This document shows, piece by piece, positions 59,067 to 64,000 of a DNA stretch of 64,000 nucleotides (positions are counted from its first letter, which is position 1; every line of letters begins with the position of its first letter). The notes below the pieces were generated by a model. The model was given only the letters and a program-made list of their open reading frames with translations. It ran no database searches and was not told the DNA's origin. The stretch covers positions 25,485 to 89,484 of the forward strand of contig CAVYEL010000032.1 of NCBI GenBank assembly GCA_963767555.1, in the 5' to 3' direction. A program made the position numbers and the translations under genes. The stretch is from an uncultured Bacteroidaceae bacterium. Its GTDB lineage: Bacteria; Bacteroidota; Bacteroidia; Bacteroidales; SM23-62.

Positions 59067-60189
59067 AGAAAGCATTATTTATAGACCGGGATGGTACCCT
59101 GGTGTTGGAACCACCGGTTGATTTCCAGGTAGATTCCCTCGAAAAACTGGAGTACCTGCCCGGTGTTTTCAGGAATCTGTATTTTATCCGGCAGCAACTG
59201 GATTATGACCTGGTCATGGTTTCCAACCAGGATGGGATGGGCAGGCCACAATATCCGGAAGAGGTGTTCAACCTGGTCCAGGACAAGATACTGACCGCGT
59301 TTCAGAATGAAGGGATCACTATTTGACGGGATCCACATTGACAGTTCCATGCCGGAGGATAATCTTCCGACAAGGAAGCCTGGGACCGCCATGCTGAAAA
59401 CATATATGGAAGGTGCCTATGACCTGGCAAATTCATTTGTGATAGGTGACCGGCTGACTGATATTGAACTGGCAAGGAACCTGGGAGCAAAAGCTATATT
59501 GATCGGTGAGACAGGACCAGCAAAAGGAAATTGATGAATCCGGACTCACATCGTTTTGCAGTTATATAGCGGGGGACTGGTCCTCTATTTATGCCTTCCT
59601 CCTGAAGAACAGGCGCCGTGCACAGATCCTTAGGGAAACCTCCGAAACACAGATCAGGATAGACCTGAGCCTTGATGGGACCAACCAGTATAAGATCTCT
59701 ACCGGAATAGGCTTTTTTGACCATATGCTCGAACAGATCGCCAGGCATGGAGGTATTGACCTTGAGGTGGAAGTCACCGGGGACCTGCATATCGATGAAC
59801 ACCACAGCATTGAAGATACCGGACTGGCCCTGGGCGAGGCATTCAGCCAGGCCCTGGGGGACAGAAGGGGAATTGACAGGTATGGGTTTTTATTACCTAT
59901 GGATGAATCTGAGGCAAAGGTGTCCATGGACCTGGGAGGAAGGAGTGCAATGGTCTGGAAAGCAGCATTCAACAGGGAGAAGATCGGCGACATGCCTACG
60001 GAAATGTTTGAGCATTTCTTCAAGTCTTTCAGTGATTCGGCCAAATGTAACCTCCATATTGAGGTAGAAGGAGAAAACGAACATCACAAGGCTGAAGCTA
60101 TATTTAAGGCCTTTGCCAAGGTCCTTCAACAGGCAAAAAAACGAAATCCATGGAAATCAGAAATTCCTTCCACCAAGGGTACTCTGTAA
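59063..60189 (+). CDS. hisB: bifunctional histidinol-phosphatase / imidazoleglycerol-phosphate dehydratase, two apparent frameshifts (about 59310-59326 and 59510-59534)
   Basis: HAD N-terminus [14 protein letters not shown], then FDGIHID..PTRKPG in the second frame. The IGPD domain is in the third frame ([40 protein letters not shown]). Confidence 0.85.
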
Positions 60190-60202
60190 ACATTAACAGG
60201 AG

Positions 60203-61070
60203 ATGAATGAATCATATACAGATACGGCTATTCTGCTGATCCACTGTCCTGACCGACCCGGGATCGTGGCCGCAGTCACCAGCTTTTTGAGTAAGCATGA
60301 GGGAAATATCTTATACCTTGACCAGCATGTTGACATGGAGGCCGGAGTATTTTTTATGAGGCTGGAATGGGAACTGGAAAAATTCATTATCCCCATAGAA
60401 TCCCTGGAACAGTACCTGGATCCCCTGGTCAGACAATTCAATATGACCTGGAGACTTTATTTGTCAAACATGAGACCCCGCATGGCGATCTTCGTGTCCA
60501 AGATCCCGCATTGTCTCGACGACATCCTGGCAAGGTACCAGTCCGGTGAATGGAAGGTGGATATCCCACTGGTTATTAGCAACCATGAAACCCAGAAAGA
60601 TACAGTGCACAAGTTCGGACCCAATTTTTACTGTATCCCAAAGAACAAAGACAATAAGGCAGACCAGGAAAAGCAGGAACTTAAATTATTGAAGGATTAT
60701 TCGGTCAATTTTATCGTACTGGCAAGGTACATGCAAATCCTTTCCAATGATTTTGTGAGCCATTACAGGAACAAGATCATCAATATTCACCATTCTTTCC
60801 TGCCGGCATTCCCCGGTGCTAAGCCCTACCATTCGGCGTATGACAGGGGTGTTAAGATCATTGGCGCCACCAGCCACTATGTGACGGAGGACCTGGATGA
60901 GGGGCCCAATCATCGACCAGGATGTAGCCAGGGTAAGTCACAGGGACTCAGTGCCGGATATGGTCCGGATTGGCCGGGATCTGGAAAAGATCGTACTGGC
61001 CCGGGCCATACATGTCCATTTATCCCGTAAAGTAATGGTATATAAAAACAAGACCATCGTATTCAGTTAG
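60203..61070 (+). CDS. purU: formyltetrahydrofolate deformylase, one apparent frameshift at 60908-60909
   Basis: ACT-like N-terminus (ILLIHCPDRPGIVAAVTSFL) and the formyltransferase core INIHHSFLPAFPGAKPYHSAYDRGVKIIGATSHYVTEDLDEGP. The shifted frame continues IIDQDVARVSHRDSV..VMVYKNKTIVFS*. Confidence 0.8.
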
Positions 61071-61073
61071 AAA

Positions 61074-61655
61074 ATGAAGGTAGCCATTGTAAAATATAAT
61101 GCAGGAAATATCAGGTCAGTTTATTTTGCCCTGGAAAGGCTGGGTATAGAAGCTGTAATTACAGATGATCACGAACAGTTGCGTATGGCGGACAAAGTGA
61201 TCTTTCCCGGGGTAGGTGAAGCAAGTACAACCATGAAATACCTGAAAGAAAGAAAACTGGATATCCTTCTCAGGGACCTTACCCAACCTGTCCTGGGAAT
61301 CTGCCTTGGGCTTCAGCTGATGTGTGCCCATACCGAAGAAGGAGATGCAGACTGCATCGGGATATTTGACCTGGAGGTAAAAAAATTTGAAAAGAAACTG
61401 AAGGTCCCCCATATGGGCTGGAACAGCCTGGAAAATGTCAGTGGCAAATTAATCCCTCAGGATCTGGAAGGGGCCTGTGTCTATTTTGTCCATAGCTATT
61501 ATGCCGTTTTGGGGGAAAATACCGGTGCGATAACCAATTACATTAATCCTTTCAGTGCTGCCATTGAACGTGATAATTTTTATGCCACACAGTTCCATCC
61601 CGAGAAAAGTGGTCCTGTCGGCGAAAAGATCCTGAAAAATTTCCTGGAACTATGA
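61074..61655 (+). CDS. hisH: imidazole glycerol phosphate synthase, glutamine amidotransferase subunit
   Basis: 193 aa. Contains YNAGNIRSV, GVGEA, ICLGLQL (Cys nucleophile), HSYY and QFHPEKS. Confidence 0.9.
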   Translation: MKVAIVKYNAGNIRSVYFALERLGIEAVITDDHEQLRMADKVIFPGVGEASTTMKYLKERKLDILLRDLTQPVLGICLGLQLMCAHTEEGDADCIGIFDLEVKKFEKKLKVPHMGWNSLENVSGKLIPQDLEGACVYFVHSYYAVLGENTGAITNYINPFSAAIERDNFYATQFHPEKSGPVGEKILKNFLEL

Positions 61656-62377
61656 TAGAACTCATACCCGCCATAGATATCATTGAGGGGAAGTGTGTCA
61701 GGCTTGTGCAGGGCCAGTATCAGCAAAAGAAGATATATTCGGACCAGCCCCTGCAGGTAGCCAGGCAATTTTCTGAACTCGGGGTCAGGCGATTGCACCT
61801 GGTGGATCTGGATGGTGCGAAGGCGGGTAAAGTTGTCAATCTCGAAATTCTCCGATCCATTACTGAAAACACACCGCTGGTCATTGACTTCGGGGGAGGC
61901 ATTAAGAGTGATGAAGATATACAATCAGTCTTTGACGCAGGGGCAAGCATGATAACCGCCGGCAGTATTGCTGTCAAAGACAGGACCAGGGTAATTAAAT
62001 GGTTGAAACAGTATGGAAGCGAAAAGATTATCCTCGGGGCAGATACAAGGGATGGGAAGATTTCCATTAATGCCTGGCAGGAGGATACCTCGCTGGACAT
62101 TGTTGATTTTGTGCAGGAATATACAGATCTGGGTATTACCAGGCTGATCTGTACGGATATAGCCCGGGACGGAATGCTGGGTGGAGCCGCCCTGGATCTG
62201 TACAAAACACTGAAAGAACGGTTCCCTTTTCTGGAGATCATTGCCAGTGGAGGAGTGTCAGGGATGAAAGACATCCTCGAACTTGACCGGGCTGGGATAG
62301 ACGGGGTTATTTTCGGAAAAGCCTTTTACGAAGGAAATATCACATCACAGGAGATAAAAGAGTTTCTTTATGAATGA
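61652..62377 (+). CDS. hisA: 1-(5-phosphoribosyl)-5-[(5-phosphoribosylamino)methylideneamino]imidazole-4-carboxamide isomerase
   Basis: 241 aa. Contains IPAIDIIEGKCVRL, HLVDLDGA, TDIARDGML and SGGV. Confidence 0.9.
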   Translation: MIELIPAIDIIEGKCVRLVQGQYQQKKIYSDQPLQVARQFSELGVRRLHLVDLDGAKAGKVVNLEILRSITENTPLVIDFGGGIKSDEDIQSVFDAGASMITAGSIAVKDRTRVIKWLKQYGSEKIILGADTRDGKISINAWQEDTSLDIVDFVQEYTDLGITRLICTDIARDGMLGGAALDLYKTLKERFPFLEIIASGGVSGMKDILELDRAGIDGVIFGKAFYEGNITSQEIKEFLYE

Positions 62378-62383
62378 TCCATT

Positions 62384-63136
62384 ATGTTAGCGAAAAGAAT
62401 CATACCATGCCTTGATATTCGTGACGGGCAGACAGTGAAAGGGATCAACTTTCTGGATATCAGGGAGGTGGGTGATCCGGTTGAAATGGGTGCAGAATAT
62501 GCGAGGGCAGGGGCCGATGAACTTGTCTATCTCGATATAACCGCCACACATGAGGGAAGGAACCTCTTTGCCAACCTGGTCCGGAGGATTGCAGAACATG
62601 TAAATATACCCTTTACGGTGGGCGGAGGAATCCAGGATCTTCGTGATGTCGACCCCTTATTGAATGCGGGTGCTGACAAAGTCACCGTTAATTCAGCTGC
62701 CGTAAAAAATCCTGATCTGGTCAGTCAGATAGCCAGGTCATATGGAAGCCAGTTCGTGGTGGTGGCCATCGATGCGAATTTCGAAGATGATGACTGGTTC
62801 GTATATGTCAACGGGGGCAGGATCAAGACAGAACGGAGGTTATTTGAATGGGCCCGGGAAGCAGAAGAACGGGGCGCCGGTGAGATCCTGTTCACATCCA
62901 TGAACCATGATGGTACCAAGAATGGATATGCCAATGAAGCCACGGCAGCCTTATCCACCGGTCTTGGGATCCCTGTTATAGCCTCCGGTGGGGCAGGGAA
63001 GATGAACCATTTTGTGGATGTCTTCGTTGAAGGTGAAGCCGATGCTGCACTCGCTGCCTCTATATTCCATTTCAGGGAAATTGGGATTCAGGATTTGAAA
63101 ACACATTTAAGAAACCATAATATACCAGTCAGGTAA
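62384..63136 (+). CDS. hisF: imidazole glycerol phosphate synthase, cyclase subunit
   Basis: 250 aa. Contains [30 protein letters not shown] and IASGGAG. Confidence 0.9.
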   Translation: MLAKRIIPCLDIRDGQTVKGINFLDIREVGDPVEMGAEYARAGADELVYLDITATHEGRNLFANLVRRIAEHVNIPFTVGGGIQDLRDVDPLLNAGADKVTVNSAAVKNPDLVSQIARSYGSQFVVVAIDANFEDDDWFVYVNGGRIKTERRLFEWAREAEERGAGEILFTSMNHDGTKNGYANEATAALSTGLGIPVIASGGAGKMNHFVDVFVEGEADAALAASIFHFREIGIQDLKTHLRNHNIPVR

Positions 63137-63150
63137 TAAAATCATAATAT

Positions 63151-63750
63151 ATGTCATTGAACTTTGATAAAATGGGAGGTATTCTTCCCGCCATCATCCA
63201 GGATGCACAGACCAACGAAGTACTGATGCTGGGTTTTATGAATCAGGAAGCATATGAAAAAACCGTGAGCGAAGGAAAGGTCACCTTTTATTCCCGCACC
63301 AAGGAGCGCTTATGGACCAAAGGGGAGGAGAGCGGGAATTTTATGGATGTAATAGAGATATCAGAGGATTGTGATGCTGACACCCTTCTCATAAGGGTTC
63401 ATCCACAGGGCCCTGCATGCCACACCGGTATGAGGACCTGTTTCGGGGAAACTGCCCGGGACAACCTGGCGTTTCTTCAAAGTCTCCAATCATTATTGAT
63501 AAGCAGGAAAGAAGAGCTGCCCGAGAATTCATATACGGCCAAGCTTTTCCAGAATGGCCCAAGAAAAATTGCCAAGAAAGTTGGTGAAGAGGCCGCTGAA
63601 CTGATCATTGAAGCCATGGATTCTGACGACGAAAAATTCCTGAATGAAGCAGCAGACCTGCTTTTCCATATGTGCATCCTGCTGGTTGACAGAGGATACA
63701 GTCTGGGAAATATCACAGAGATCCTGGCGGAAAGACACCAGGGAGGCTGA
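63151..63750 (+). CDS. hisI: bifunctional phosphoribosyl-AMP cyclohydrolase / phosphoribosyl-ATP pyrophosphatase
   Basis: 199 aa. Contains LPAIIQD..VLMLGFMN, YSRTKERLWTKGEESGN, CDADTLL..GPACHTG, and a C-terminal EEAAELIIEA..EAADLLFH. Confidence 0.9.
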   Translation: MSLNFDKMGGILPAIIQDAQTNEVLMLGFMNQEAYEKTVSEGKVTFYSRTKERLWTKGEESGNFMDVIEISEDCDADTLLIRVHPQGPACHTGMRTCFGETARDNLAFLQSLQSLLISRKEELPENSYTAKLFQNGPRKIAKKVGEEAAELIIEAMDSDDEKFLNEAADLLFHMCILLVDRGYSLGNITEILAERHQGG

Positions 63751-63752
63751 GA

Positions 63753-64000
63753 TTACTCAAACTCGGCCATCGTTTTCTGGACGATTGAAACAGCCTCTGA
63801 AAGCTCTTCTCTGGTGATAACAAGGGGTGGTGCGAACCGGATGATGTGATCATGGGTTGGTTTTGCCAGTAAGCCGTTCTCTTTCATGGCAACACAAACA
63901 TCCCAGGCAGTTTTTCCTCCTTTGGGCTTTATGACAATGGCATTGAGCAATCCTTTGCCACGGATGGTCTCAATCATATCCGAGTCGATCTTTCCCAGCT
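63753..64000 (-). CDS. rocD: ornithine aminotransferase-like class III PLP aminotransferase, 3' end only (gene continues past the window)
   Basis: C-terminal IRGKGLLNAIVIKP..LLAKPTHDHIIRFAPPLVITREEL. The frame is open to base 64000. Confidence 0.65.
   Translation of the reverse strand, partial: LGKIDSDMIETIRGKGLLNAIVIKPKGGKTAWDVCVAMKENGLLAKPTHDHIIRFAPPLVITREELSEAVSIVQKTMAEFE

Noticed and set aside
1-64000. Stop-codon reassignment (TGA or TAA read as sense) or programmed frameshifting as the explanation for the interrupted genes.
   Set aside because: TGA, TAA and TAG all terminate many genes at the positions expected from their families, for example TGA at 4996, 46747, 56728 and 62377, and TAA at 553 and 1246. 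Most of the interruptions are frame changes, not in-frame stops. I saw no shared slippery heptamer or downstream structure at the shift sites.

Overview
This 64 kb window looks like a chromosomal segment from a Bacteroidota-like, probably anaerobic, bacterium. The evidence is the gene content and TAnnTTTG-type promoter boxes; no rRNA or tRNA is present to confirm it. I recognised no CRISPR array, transposase, integrase or phage genes.

Contents from left to right:
- 1-6.6 kb: envelope and housekeeping genes (PrsW protease, OM beta-barrels, HtrA-like protease, CHAD protein).
- 6.7-11.9 kb: a GC-rich, heavily disrupted SOS-mutagenesis cassette (LexA-like S24 repressor, Y-family polymerase, DnaE2-like polymerase).
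- 12-18.4 kb: OsmC, DUF4846, a coiled-coil protein and an M14 carboxypeptidase.
- 18.5-32.7 kb: a glycan-degradation cluster (sulfatase, GH29 fucosidase, DUF4091-type hydrolase, HEAT+DUF1080 protein, Tat-Gfo/Idh/MocA oxidoreductase, metallophosphoesterase, RhaM, URO-D-like protein).
- 33.6-36.8 kb: a glycyl-radical enzyme (GRE) and its activase.
- 36.9-42.3 kb: a module of TIM-barrel, Gfo/Idh/MocA, SDR, Na+ symporter and PmoA-like genes.
- 42.3-45.4 kb: a BlaI/BlaR1-like locus with two tandem palindromic operators.
- 45.9-48.8 kb: LarE-like protein, an MDR dehydrogenase and small hypothetical genes.
- 48.7-53.9 kb: an AmmeMemoRadiSam operon with predicted export signals and an embedded membrane spermidine-synthase-like gene.
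- 55.7-63.8 kb: a complete his operon (hisG-D-C-B-purU-H-A-F-IE) preceded by a His-rich leader peptide and a terminator/antiterminator attenuator.

The most notable points:
- The apparently exported AmmeMemoRadiSam operon.
- The GRE whose activase lacks auxiliary Fe-S cysteines.
- The his attenuator.
- About one third of the genes are broken by frameshifts or in-frame stops. Many breaks sit at homopolymers. This means either an error-prone assembly or real gene decay, and every gene model depends on which it is.

All functional calls come from motif and family recognition by eye. No database search was run.
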